Positions 1 to 8,706 of a stretch of 32,000 nucleotides of DNA are shown piece by piece (the first letter of the stretch is position 1; every line of letters begins with the position of its first letter). A program made the translations under genes and the position numbers. Under the pieces are notes generated by a model. It saw only the letters and a list, made by a program, of their open reading frames with translations. It was not told the DNA's origin and searched no databases. The stretch is from Fidelibacterota bacterium (GTDB taxonomy: Bacteria > Fidelibacterota > Marinisomatia > Marinisomatales > TCS55). The stretch is from assembly GCA_004124385.1 (NCBI GenBank), contig SCKN01000001.1, positions 246,606 to 278,605 on the forward strand. Reading direction: 5' to 3'.

Positions 1-738
1 CAAACCAATGACAGATAAAATATTGAACAAATTTGAACCAATAATATTTCCAACCGATATACCACTTTCCTTTTGAAAAGCTGCAACTATAGACGTCGCC
101 AATTCCGGCAAAGAAGTTCCTAAAGCAACTACGGACATACCGATTACCATTTTGCTTACTCCAAGCAATTCAGCAAGAAACACGGCACCTTCTACAAAAA
201 GTTTTGAACCAAAATAGAGAAATATGGATCCAATCAGTAGATAGAAAAAGCATTTTGACATGGAATCTTTACCATGGCTATCTTTTTCTACTTGATGTCG
301 AGGATGAGTGATTGCATACCAAGTATATACAATAATTCCTACAAATAGAATAGCACCTTCCCCGCTACTGATTAATCCATCAGAACAAAAATATATAAAG
401 ATCAAAGCTGCAATTAAATAAATGAAAAGATCCTTACGAATATTTGCATACGTAATCGTCAAAGGAAAAATGAAGGCACTTATTCCTAATACTAATCCTA
501 CATTGGCAATATTTGATCCAATAACATTACCAATAGCAATGGATGATGAATCTTTCGCTGCTGCTAAACTCACTACCATCTCCGGTAATGATGTACCAAA
601 AGCAACTATGGTTAAACCTATCACCAACGGAGACAATCCTAAACGCGAAGCTATATGGGAACCACCACGAACAATTTTTTCTGCTCCAAAAAATAAGAGC
701 AATCCGCCTAATAATAATAATGTTATACTTAAAATCAT
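1..738 (-). CDS. Ca2+/Na+ antiporter, CaCA (YrbG-type) family; N-terminal 246 codons only, gene continues past the left window edge
   Basis: Absent from the ORF track because it has no stop in the window. My reverse-strand translation from ATG 738..736 reads MILSITLLLLGGLLLFFGAEKIVRGGSHIASRLGLSPLVIGLTIVAFGTSLPEMVVSLAAAK ... VALGTSLPELATSIVAAFQKESGISVGNIIGSNLFNILSVIGL and stays open to position 1. Two GTSLPE alpha-repeat motifs separated by hydrophobic helices are the CaCA hallmark. The start overlaps the nadD stop as ATGA (735..738). The + strand ORF 422..763 is its antisense shadow. Confidence 0.85.
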   Translation of the reverse strand, partial: MILSITLLLLGGLLLFFGAEKIVRGGSHIASRLGLSPLVIGLTIVAFGTSLPEMVVSLAAAKDSSSIAIGNVIGSNIANVGLVLGISAFIFPLTITYANIRKDLFIYLIAALIFIYFCSDGLISSGEGAILFVGIIVYTWYAITHPRHQVEKDSHGKDSMSKCFFYLLIGSIFLYFGSKLFVEGAVFLAELLGVSKMVIGMSVVALGTSLPELATSIVAAFQKESGISVGNIIGSNLFNILSVIGL

Positions 739-1319
739 TGAGAATATAGTTTGTGAGCGTTAACATATTCCCAAACAGGTTGAGTAACCATGTAACGAAT
801 TGTTTTATCTTCAGCCCAACGCTTACGTATAGTAGTTGATGATATTTCAAAACGGGGAATATTGGCAAACTGAATTTTTTTCAACACCCAGCTGGGAATT
901 GAGCTAGGTCTAAATCCGGGTCGAATCGCGACTAAAACCTGACATTCGTTTAAAATGTCTTTTGCTTGTTCCCATTTGTGAAAGCGTATCAAAGAGTCAC
1001 TACCAAATAAATAATAAATTTCTTTTGAATTTAAATTTTCAATTTTTTTATATTCCTTAATAGTATCTATTGTAAAAGAAACCCCACCTCTGTCTATATC
1101 AATTTCTGAAATATCAAATTTAGGATTGCCTGCTACAGCCATTTTTAACATAGAAAGTCTGTGATCAACTTTTGAAAAATCATTTTTCAGAGGCGGTTGA
1201 TTTGCAAGAATAAAAATTATTTTTTCGAAATCTTCAGCTTCTGCTACAGTTTGAGCGACTAGTAAATGACCAATATGGGGTGGATCAAATGTACCGCCGA
1301 AAAGGCAAACTTTCTTCAT
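735..1319 (-). CDS. nadD: Nicotinate-nucleotide adenylyltransferase
   Basis: 194 aa. N-terminal GGTFDPPHIGHL (HxGH nucleotidyltransferase motif) and C-terminal EISSTTIR (ISSTxxR motif) are typical of NadD. ATG start checked at 1317..1319. Confidence 0.9.
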   Translation of the reverse strand: MKKVCLFGGTFDPPHIGHLLVAQTVAEAEDFEKIIFILANQPPLKNDFSKVDHRLSMLKMAVAGNPKFDISEIDIDRGGVSFTIDTIKEYKKIENLNSKEIYYLFGSDSLIRFHKWEQAKDILNECQVLVAIRPGFRPSSIPSWVLKKIQFANIPRFEISSTTIRKRWAEDKTIRYMVTQPVWEYVNAHKLYSQ

Positions 1320-1331
1320 AACTGATTTATA

Positions 1332-2069
1332 TTAATTATTTTTATTAATAAAACTTTCAGCTTCAGTTAACAAATCATCATCTGAAATCTGATTCCTGTG
1401 ATTTTCCAAATACTCTTTAGCTTCATCTATATCACCTGACAAAACATGGCACTTCACAATCTGGAAATGAGCGTCATCCACCCATTCAGTATCATAATAT
1501 TTCGCCAGTAAATCTTCATACGTAATAATAGCAGATTCATATTCTTCCATTTTAATGTATAATCGAGCTGATTCGAATAGTTTTGTAGAGAGTTTATTAC
1601 GCATTTCTGTAATAGTTGTTAATGCTTCTTCATGAAATTCTGTATTCGGATAATCATCCAAAAATTCCTGTAATTTGCTCAATGCCCGCTCTGTAGAAGA
1701 CTGTTCATGATAATATTTAGGTGATTGTTCGACAAATGATTGACAAATACGCCAACGCGCCTTTTGTACAAAATCACTGAATCCCATACGTCGAATCAGG
1801 CGATCATATTCAGCCATTGCCAAAACATACTCTTTATTTAAAAAATATGATTCTCCTAAATAGAATTGGGCATCATCACCTAAATCAGTGTGTAAACCCC
1901 GAATAGCTACATTGTTAAATTCCTCTTGAGCTCGAAGATAACGTTTTTTCTCCAAGTATCCCATGGCTCGATCAAATTGAACTTGCAAGTCTTCATCTAC
2001 AAGTTTTGTAGATGAACATGAAGTAATTAAGAAGGATGTTAAAATAATTAAAAAATATCGTTTTTTCAT
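1332..2069 (-). CDS. bamD: Outer membrane protein assembly factor BamD-like TPR lipoprotein
   Basis: 245 aa. Signal peptide with lipobox (LITSC). TPR-like helical repeats follow the BamD/YfiO pattern (YLRAQEEFNNV..., DAQFYLGESYF..., ERALSKLQEFLDDYPNTEFHEEAL..., ARLYIKMEEYESAI...). Confidence 0.75.
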   Translation of the reverse strand: MKKRYFLIILTSFLITSCSSTKLVDEDLQVQFDRAMGYLEKKRYLRAQEEFNNVAIRGLHTDLGDDAQFYLGESYFLNKEYVLAMAEYDRLIRRMGFSDFVQKARWRICQSFVEQSPKYYHEQSSTERALSKLQEFLDDYPNTEFHEEALTTITEMRNKLSTKLFESARLYIKMEEYESAIITYEDLLAKYYDTEWVDDAHFQIVKCHVLSGDIDEAKEYLENHRNQISDDDLLTEAESFINKNN

Positions 2070-2073
2070 TTAT

Positions 2074-2991
2074 TTACCATTTGTATGAAACGGATATACC
2101 GCCAATACCATATTTATTACGTGGGTCATAATACAACCCCACGTCCGTTTTAGATTGTTCAGCTTTGCTTCTGGCTTTGCGCTGGTTTGTAAGCACAGCT
2201 TCAATACCACTTATTACATGGTTAAACATAATAGCAGACACAGCATAATTAGCTAATTTTAAATATTGATTACTTTTATCACGTTCATTGTTATAATCAT
2301 TTTTATTGGGGGTCATAAGAATGATTTCGATAGTATCTTCCACTGTTTTTTCTACTATATAATATTCGAAAATATCATCCCATCCGCCAACAAATTGATC
2401 ATATTTTCCAATATTTTCATAAAAATGCTGATCTTGAAAAATGGATAATTCATCACTATAAATCCACTCTGGATGTGTAACTAATGAATCCGAAGAAACG
2501 AACACACCAAAAGCTTCAGCCAATGAACCTGATAAATGCAATTCAAGTTTATGCGTACCGTCTAGTTTAAAATCTTCGTATTGAATTAGTCCCGTTACAG
2601 GATTCAACAACGTATTCTCTACCCAATTTATTATAGACCAATGATTATCACCAAAAAGTTCATATTGTTTGCGAATATCTTCTGCTTGCTTATTCCATTG
2701 TAACATACCAACTATAGACGCTGCTTCTACGCCAATAAATATAGCGGATTTCCACAGTGGATCCCCATTTTTATATTGACCTAATCCAGGAAGGATAAGC
2801 GAATAGAGCATAGGTTTAGCTGGATAATTAACTAATGTAACTGAATCCTTTATAATATCTTCTGTAGTGTCAGACAAAATAAATTCCGTAGTATTCAAAT
2901 TAAGTGCAGGTTGAAAACGATCATCAAATAAATACAGATCGCCAGCTGATAGCATTGTAGTGAATAGTAATATTAGTATTGTGTTATTCAT
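2074..2991 (-). CDS. Secreted/outer-membrane hypothetical protein with DUF5683-like hydrophobic hairpin
   Basis: The track ORF starts at a TTG (2997). The ATG two codons downstream (2989..2991) lies 2 nt after the upstream TGA and gives a clean signal peptide, MNNTILILLFTTMLSAG. The segment LILPGLGQYKNGDPLWKSAIFIGVEAASIVG and the C-terminal NYAVSAIMFNHVISGIEAVL resemble DUF5683 as I recall it. The protein ends in ...GISVSYKW, an aromatic terminus like an OMP beta-signal. Function unknown. Confidence 0.6.
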   Translation of the reverse strand: MNNTILILLFTTMLSAGDLYLFDDRFQPALNLNTTEFILSDTTEDIIKDSVTLVNYPAKPMLYSLILPGLGQYKNGDPLWKSAIFIGVEAASIVGMLQWNKQAEDIRKQYELFGDNHWSIINWVENTLLNPVTGLIQYEDFKLDGTHKLELHLSGSLAEAFGVFVSSDSLVTHPEWIYSDELSIFQDQHFYENIGKYDQFVGGWDDIFEYYIVEKTVEDTIEIILMTPNKNDYNNERDKSNQYLKLANYAVSAIMFNHVISGIEAVLTNQRKARSKAEQSKTDVGLYYDPRNKYGIGGISVSYKW

Positions 2992-2993
2992 AA

Positions 2994-5936
2994 TCAAAAT
3001 CCGAATAAGAGTTTGAAATAAAATCTATCTTCTTTACCATAGGTATAAACCTCTTCATTGACTTCTTTTTTAATTATATCCAGTCCGCGATGCATTTCTA
3101 GCTCTATAGCGGTCGGGAAATTATAAAAAGAAAAGCCATTAATCCTCCATTGAATTCCACCAGAGCGAATTAATTTAGATGAATCAAAATCACCTTTCCA
3201 AGCATTTCCGTTTTGATAAACAATGCCCAAAACACTATTTTGTAAAATAAACCAACCTAATTGCACATGCTTTTGAGTAAATAATGGAACGCGGAATGTT
3301 ATGTCATTGATGAGTTGACGTGTTCCTTCAATACTATAAAACGGATACCCCTTCATACCAATCATCCCACCACCAAAGAAATTAAAAAATGGATCTACAT
3401 TATCATTTGATAACCAACCAAATTGCGTTCCTAAAGATATCGTCCAACGATTTGTATGGGGGATTGAAATATGATACGTTCCGCTCACATTTAAACGCCA
3501 AGTATCATTATCTCCATATTCTGCCAATAATGTTCCTGCATCTGATAAATTCAAACCTGTGATAAAATCATTTTGCTCATGCATTGCTGATACATTCGCC
3601 GTATATCCTTTTGCAGGATTTATATTGTTGTCAGCTAGTCTTTTAATATTATTTAGCTGCCACTTGAAACCATTTACCCATCCCTTGTAATAATCATAGG
3701 CAACGCCAGCCATGAGATTTTCCTGTTGAATAGTTTCTTTTACAAACGCTCTATAAACCTGCCAAGTCGAAATTAATTCCATTTGTGAAACACCGAATAA
3801 AGGAAAGCGCATTCCAGCGTTGAATTGAGTTAAACGAAATTTCAAATTATCATCCAATTTATAGGATGAATAAAAATTTGTTTGTTGAATGTTTCGTGTT
3901 ATATAATATACTTCTGCAAACAAAGTTGGATAAAAACGTTTAAATTCAAAAATGAAAAATAAATCAACATCTTTAACGTTATTGATAGTTGCACCACCGA
4001 AAACATTTAATCTTTCCAACACTTCTGATGAGTAAAAATAAAAACCCGGTTTGACAGTATTATAATCTAGCATCAGTCTCGGCAATACAAACATAGTTGT
4101 AAAATCGTCTGTGTAGGTTCTTGATACTGTAAGATCACGATCAACTATAGGATCTGAATGTCCTGAATTTCTCATGAAATAATCCGGACTGTATCCGACA
4201 TTATCATTTTCAACATTTTTCGGATTACTTAATAGCGCAATTTTGTACTGTCCATTTTCATACAGCGAATACACAATTTCACCATCATTATTTATATCAG
4301 GCATAAATGCGCCACCGGTTACGTTGGTGACATAATCATCATCATTTATTCGCAGATTATATATCCCTGACCGATCATCGGAATGAATCATCTGACTGTT
4401 TGAATAATGTACATCACGTTCATCCCAAAGTTCATTTGCGATTAAAACGTCTACCGTTGAATCCATCAATGAGTAATAATAAATATCGCGATAATGATGC
4501 AGCGTTCTATTAAATAATAATCGATGATTTTCCTGATCGTAACTCAATCCGCGTAATATTGAATGATCATCGAAATGGGTTAATTGAGTGACTTGCGTTG
4601 TTTTCAAATCGTAGTGGTAAATATTCTGACTCCCATCATGTGATGACAAAAATGCAAGTGAGCTGTCACTGGAAATAAAAACAGGATGATATGCACGTTT
4701 ATGTTTGGTAATACGTTTCTCCTTCTTTTTATCTAGGTCATAAATATAAATATCAAAGAAACGAGAGCCGTGCTTATTAGGAATCGTTGGTTTTTTGGTA
4801 TAATAAATATATTTTCCCGATGAATGCCATGAAGGCGCAAACAGTGCCCCCCCATCCAATTTTTCACTTTTCTGCTTTTCTGAATCGTATAAAAATAAAT
4901 CTGTTTGCCCGAAATAATCATTTTCCTTATTCGAAATATATGCAATCATCTTTCCATCGGGTGACCACTTGGGATGAAGATTGGTTGTGCCCTTATCGAT
5001 TAGAACTTCACCTTTAATCTCATTCGATTTTATGGATTGAGTTGATTCTTTGTATTCAGTTTCAATCGAAATTTTAAAATCATCATATATTTGAAAACCG
5101 CTTACTCCCGTTGCTTTTTCAATTGCTTTATCGATTGAAAATTGAAGCGGATTTGATAATTCAATCATAATCTGTTTTAATGCATCAGCTCCATAGTTTT
5201 CAGCTATAAAATTGCAAAGAGCAAAACCAGAATTATACGTTGATTCATTGCCGATGCCCTTTTTCCCGAATGTATTCATTTCCGTGAATGATAATAAATT
5301 GTCATTTAATGCTCTGTCACGGAGGATCATATCGCGATGGGAATCCCAATGATCCCAGTCTGCTCCTTCGAACATATATTGCGCAGATCCTTCAGCCAGC
5401 CAAGGTGGAACAACAGCCCCAGGTAATGGATAGCTAACCAATTTTTGAGGAAATCCATAGAGCACATCCTGACGTTTTTCATCTTCATAATCCATCCACT
5501 GGAAATATGCTCCAGGGAATTTCATACCCGCCTTCATGGCTTTTTGCAATGAAATAATATGAGCGAATTCATGTGTAATCACATTCTGAAGCCAGCGGTG
5601 GCTGCCCCGCAATTCGAAGTCCAAAGGTGATACCCAAATAATGATTTTATTATCGTAGTAATAGGCGGCACCATTTGAAATATCATCCAAATCGGTAAAA
5701 ATGATGTCGGTTTTTGTTTGAGGCTCGTAATCATATAGTCCCGTTATGTGAGGAAATATTTGTTCTGCAACGTAGGCACCCTCACGAGCTGAACTTTCTG
5801 TACCTTCATAAAAGTGGATTTGAAAATGATCTGTATCAAATGTCTGCCAATTAATTTCCGGATGGTTGTATCGAAATTGACCAAAAAGCGTGGCCGCAAG
5901 AATGGTCATTGAGCACATGAATTTTATGCGCTGCAT
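2994..5936 (-). CDS. Large outer-membrane fusion protein: MA-clan Zn-metallopeptidase domain + PD40/TolB-like beta-propeller + C-terminal Omp85 (surface antigen D15)-like beta-barrel
   Basis: 980 aa with a signal peptide (MCSMTILAATLFGQ). HEFAH at aa 122-126 (nt 5559..5573) is followed by WLAEGSAQY at aa 179-187, a gluzincin-type third-ligand context. PD40-like repeats are present (HPKWSPDGKMIAYIS, FAPSWHSSGKYIYYT, LAFLSSHDGSQNIYHYD). From about aa 615 onward the sequence alternates in beta-strand pattern, including FFGGGMIGMKGYPFYSIEGTRQLINDITFRVPLF and the terminal YFKLLFGF. Confidence 0.7.
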   Translation of the reverse strand: MQRIKFMCSMTILAATLFGQFRYNHPEINWQTFDTDHFQIHFYEGTESSAREGAYVAEQIFPHITGLYDYEPQTKTDIIFTDLDDISNGAAYYYDNKIIIWVSPLDFELRGSHRWLQNVITHEFAHIISLQKAMKAGMKFPGAYFQWMDYEDEKRQDVLYGFPQKLVSYPLPGAVVPPWLAEGSAQYMFEGADWDHWDSHRDMILRDRALNDNLLSFTEMNTFGKKGIGNESTYNSGFALCNFIAENYGADALKQIMIELSNPLQFSIDKAIEKATGVSGFQIYDDFKISIETEYKESTQSIKSNEIKGEVLIDKGTTNLHPKWSPDGKMIAYISNKENDYFGQTDLFLYDSEKQKSEKLDGGALFAPSWHSSGKYIYYTKKPTIPNKHGSRFFDIYIYDLDKKKEKRITKHKRAYHPVFISSDSSLAFLSSHDGSQNIYHYDLKTTQVTQLTHFDDHSILRGLSYDQENHRLLFNRTLHHYRDIYYYSLMDSTVDVLIANELWDERDVHYSNSQMIHSDDRSGIYNLRINDDDYVTNVTGGAFMPDINNDGEIVYSLYENGQYKIALLSNPKNVENDNVGYSPDYFMRNSGHSDPIVDRDLTVSRTYTDDFTTMFVLPRLMLDYNTVKPGFYFYSSEVLERLNVFGGATINNVKDVDLFFIFEFKRFYPTLFAEVYYITRNIQQTNFYSSYKLDDNLKFRLTQFNAGMRFPLFGVSQMELISTWQVYRAFVKETIQQENLMAGVAYDYYKGWVNGFKWQLNNIKRLADNNINPAKGYTANVSAMHEQNDFITGLNLSDAGTLLAEYGDNDTWRLNVSGTYHISIPHTNRWTISLGTQFGWLSNDNVDPFFNFFGGGMIGMKGYPFYSIEGTRQLINDITFRVPLFTQKHVQLGWFILQNSVLGIVYQNGNAWKGDFDSSKLIRSGGIQWRINGFSFYNFPTAIELEMHRGLDIIKKEVNEEVYTYGKEDRFYFKLLFGF

Positions 5937-5939
5937 AAA

Positions 5940-8672
5940 CTATTTGATAACCCCAATCTTCAAAATTTCTGACTCACTTTTTGTACCGCTTGTTGCTTTA
6001 ATATTCGCGAAGTAAACACCGGATTCTACATCATCAACATTCCACAATTGCTCATGAATGGATCCTTGGGCCAAATTATCCATGGTAAACTTCTTTATAA
6101 AATATCCTGCAAAATCATATATCATAATTTCCACTATTTCTGCTGACTCAACTGCAACGCGTATTTTAACGTTACCATCATAAACCGGGTTTGGATAGGC
6201 GTAGGTTTTGTCTTTATCTATCAAAGCTGTATCCGGTATACGTTTGGGAATATTTAAATGCAGTGTGCGCGTATTTCCAAAATCGTGGTGGGTTGATGTC
6301 CATTCATTGCCATAATTCTCGTTCACTTCATCAAAGAGCCAAATGGCAGATTCTGTCACAATAGCATTGCGACCTTCGTATTTGCTCAAACAAATGAGTT
6401 CGCCATAATCAGTTAAGCGATATTCAAGCTCGCCCTTCCAATTAATTATGATGATTTCTCCTTCTGCATTTTGAACTACTATTTCCGGATGGTTATCACC
6501 ATATAAATTTTTGATTAATACTATTTGAGTAAGAGTATATGGATATAAAGGAAAACCGGATACAGTGATTCCACTTAAATGCCTTACCTCTAACGTTCCA
6601 TAGAAGTCTGGTATGTCGACTAATTGGTTGTCTTCTTTCATCCATCCCAAAAAAACATATTCAGCACTTCCATCCAGATCCAAATCAGCCATAGAAGCAG
6701 ATATCTCTACACTATCTATTGATTCATCATTATTGACAACTTTTGCTGAATAAAAGAAATCATCTGATGATTGTTTGTATTGATGGTTTCCTAAATGATC
6801 ATTGACAAATACTGCATTTGTGAAATCCAAATTATCATAAAATACCCAGTTCATATCATTCAGCTCTGAATTCCATCCAAAATAATTCATATTAGTAGTG
6901 GAACTGTCTTTTTCAAAAACAATTAATTGATTGGTTCCATTAAAATTTCCAACAGATAAATCATAGATCTGATTTGTGGTATAATAAAAATATAGCTTGT
7001 TTGAAATATTGCCTTCTTCAGCAACCCATAAACTATCTTTCCCTCCAACAATTTCCATTACACCATCACCATCAAAATCATATGTTAACCAAATATGAAG
7101 CGATGAATCTGGAAATCCATCCGCCAGCATGGCGTTTGTTACAGAAAATGACATTGTATCTTGGGGTAGTCCAATATTGTTGATGCTCAAATAGGTCGTG
7201 GCGCCGTCATTGCTTTTTGTATTTGGATGAGTAAATGGACCAAATTCCAAGGGTTGCCCCTCTTGATCGGGATATAGTGCTTCGTATTCTGGATTACCCC
7301 GGAACCACATATCCCCAAAATAGCCTCCTGTGGGGTCCGCAAAGAGGAAAATGTTGGGATAGCCGATATCCTGTGCTCCATCGGCTTCTTCAAGGTCTAC
7401 ACCGCGATTTTCACGGTTTCCATTAATCATATAATTTGGAATTCCGCTGTCAATTCGATTTTCGTCAATATGCCAGATTAAAAGTCCGGAAGCAGGTAAA
7501 CCGATATCGTAATCGGAAATTGACGTAACGACACCATTTTCATCCTTTTCTAAAGCAATAGAGTCAAACAGTACTTCTACGAATGGCGGATAGCGTTCTT
7601 TTCCGCTTTGTTCATACATGAGATATCGAGCTGAATCCACGGATACATTTTCACGAAACCAATTGGTACGATTTTCGATGAGAAAATATTCACTGGCATT
7701 AATATTCACTTGAATCAAATTATCTTCCGATCGACTGGCTAATTGTACGTTTGTTCCCGGTTTGACAACAGTTGCCCCTTCCCAACCTACATACATTCTC
7801 GTCCATGCTTCCGGTGGAGATGGAATTAATCCTCGTCCATTATTCGATCCTTGATCCATGAGTCCAAAAACGCCTATACCGGTCTGACCTGATTCCGTGT
7901 CCCATAATGGTGGTAATCCAACTGCAAAACCCATCATGAGAGCAAAAGTACCTGTAAGACCAAATTGATATTCACACGGTGTTGAAGAAGTGGAAAACAT
8001 GGATTCTGCAATGTCATAGAGAAGATGATTTTGCGTTTCAGGTAAAATGATTCCATGTTCTACTGTAGAATTGCCAATTGTTATAGGACCATTTGTGTAT
8101 GTTTGCAGCATTTCAGCGTCAACATATGTGGACGGTATATCCTCGGGAGTCGGATCTAAAAATGGTAGAGAAAAATCCTGCCCTATACCGGCATGGATAA
8201 TGATGACAATATCATCGCTTGATATTTCTACTCCATCTGATGTAAAAGCCAATTCAACACTTTCCTTAAATAATTCAGTAAGCCTTTGCTCATACATATC
8301 ATCTTCACCATAGGGATGGTAATGATCCATTGTGTTTGAGAGGACATAACTCGACTGACTTCCAGCCGGGTAAACTTGAGAATTATTAAGATCAATCCCA
8401 AATTTTTCATACGATACAGCTCTGAAATAATTATCGACTGCTTTTAATTGGGATTCAAAATATGATTTATCGTGTGGAACTGGATCGATAGTGTACTCTG
8501 AACACAAATCCAATTCAGATGAATACAGAAAATCTCCATTACCAGTTGTTCCTTCAATGTCATCATTCTGAAAGGAAACTCGTATAACTTTTACAGTAAT
8601 ATCTCCAGTTATATCTGCAGATAGAGGATAACATATTATCAATACGATGAATAGTGATAATAGGCTTTTCAT
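5940..8672 (-). CDS. Secreted M6 (immune inhibitor A)-like domain protein with degenerate active site, FG-GAP/VCBS-like repeats and T9SS C-terminal sorting domain
   Basis: 910 aa with a signal peptide (LFIVLIICYPLSAD). M6-like landmarks: IIIHAGIGQDF, EYFLIENR, GLLIWHIDEN and RGVDLEEADGAQD. Where HExxH is expected the sequence is FALMMGFAVGLPPLWD. FG-GAP-like loops are YDFDGDGVMEIVGG and DLDLDGSAEYVFLG. The C-terminal 87 aa match the T9SS type-A CTD pattern. Confidence 0.7.
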   Translation of the reverse strand: MKSLLSLFIVLIICYPLSADITGDITVKVIRVSFQNDDIEGTTGNGDFLYSSELDLCSEYTIDPVPHDKSYFESQLKAVDNYFRAVSYEKFGIDLNNSQVYPAGSQSSYVLSNTMDHYHPYGEDDMYEQRLTELFKESVELAFTSDGVEISSDDIVIIIHAGIGQDFSLPFLDPTPEDIPSTYVDAEMLQTYTNGPITIGNSTVEHGIILPETQNHLLYDIAESMFSTSSTPCEYQFGLTGTFALMMGFAVGLPPLWDTESGQTGIGVFGLMDQGSNNGRGLIPSPPEAWTRMYVGWEGATVVKPGTNVQLASRSEDNLIQVNINASEYFLIENRTNWFRENVSVDSARYLMYEQSGKERYPPFVEVLFDSIALEKDENGVVTSISDYDIGLPASGLLIWHIDENRIDSGIPNYMINGNRENRGVDLEEADGAQDIGYPNIFLFADPTGGYFGDMWFRGNPEYEALYPDQEGQPLEFGPFTHPNTKSNDGATTYLSINNIGLPQDTMSFSVTNAMLADGFPDSSLHIWLTYDFDGDGVMEIVGGKDSLWVAEEGNISNKLYFYYTTNQIYDLSVGNFNGTNQLIVFEKDSSTTNMNYFGWNSELNDMNWVFYDNLDFTNAVFVNDHLGNHQYKQSSDDFFYSAKVVNNDESIDSVEISASMADLDLDGSAEYVFLGWMKEDNQLVDIPDFYGTLEVRHLSGITVSGFPLYPYTLTQIVLIKNLYGDNHPEIVVQNAEGEIIIINWKGELEYRLTDYGELICLSKYEGRNAIVTESAIWLFDEVNENYGNEWTSTHHDFGNTRTLHLNIPKRIPDTALIDKDKTYAYPNPVYDGNVKIRVAVESAEIVEIMIYDFAGYFIKKFTMDNLAQGSIHEQLWNVDDVESGVYFANIKATSGTKSESEILKIGVIK
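5943..6203 (-). other. T9SS type-A C-terminal sorting domain (Por_Secre_tail-like) of the 910-aa protein
   Basis: The last 87 aa are YAYPNPVYDGNVKIRVAV...IMIYDFAGYFIKKFTM...GSIHEQLWNVDDVESGVYFANIKATSGTKSESEILKIGVIK. The YPNP start, i-x-i-x-D-x-x-G, W, GVYF and K-h-x-h-x-K end are the typical CTD pattern as I recall it. Confidence 0.6.
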
Positions 8673-8706
8673 ATTGGAAATATTGTGAAAGGGAAATTAT
8701 GGAATT

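Noticed and set aside
422-763. Plus-strand ORFs 422..763 and 543..749, and the minus-strand ORF 527..868
   Set aside because: They overlap the CaCA antiporter and nadD genes in other frames. The antiporter frame gives clear GTSLPE transporter motifs, whereas these translations are low-complexity shadows typical of AT-rich DNA.
8630-8675. Apparent 1-nt register conflict near 8640/8641 when I hand-translated the 5' end of the 910-aa gene (possible frameshift)
   Set aside because: The computed ORF track shows an uninterrupted 910-aa frame starting at 8672. My checks at 8409..8411, 7923..7937, 6201..6203 and 5940..5942 all agree with that frame. This is most likely my own misreading of one base at a line break, not a real frameshift.
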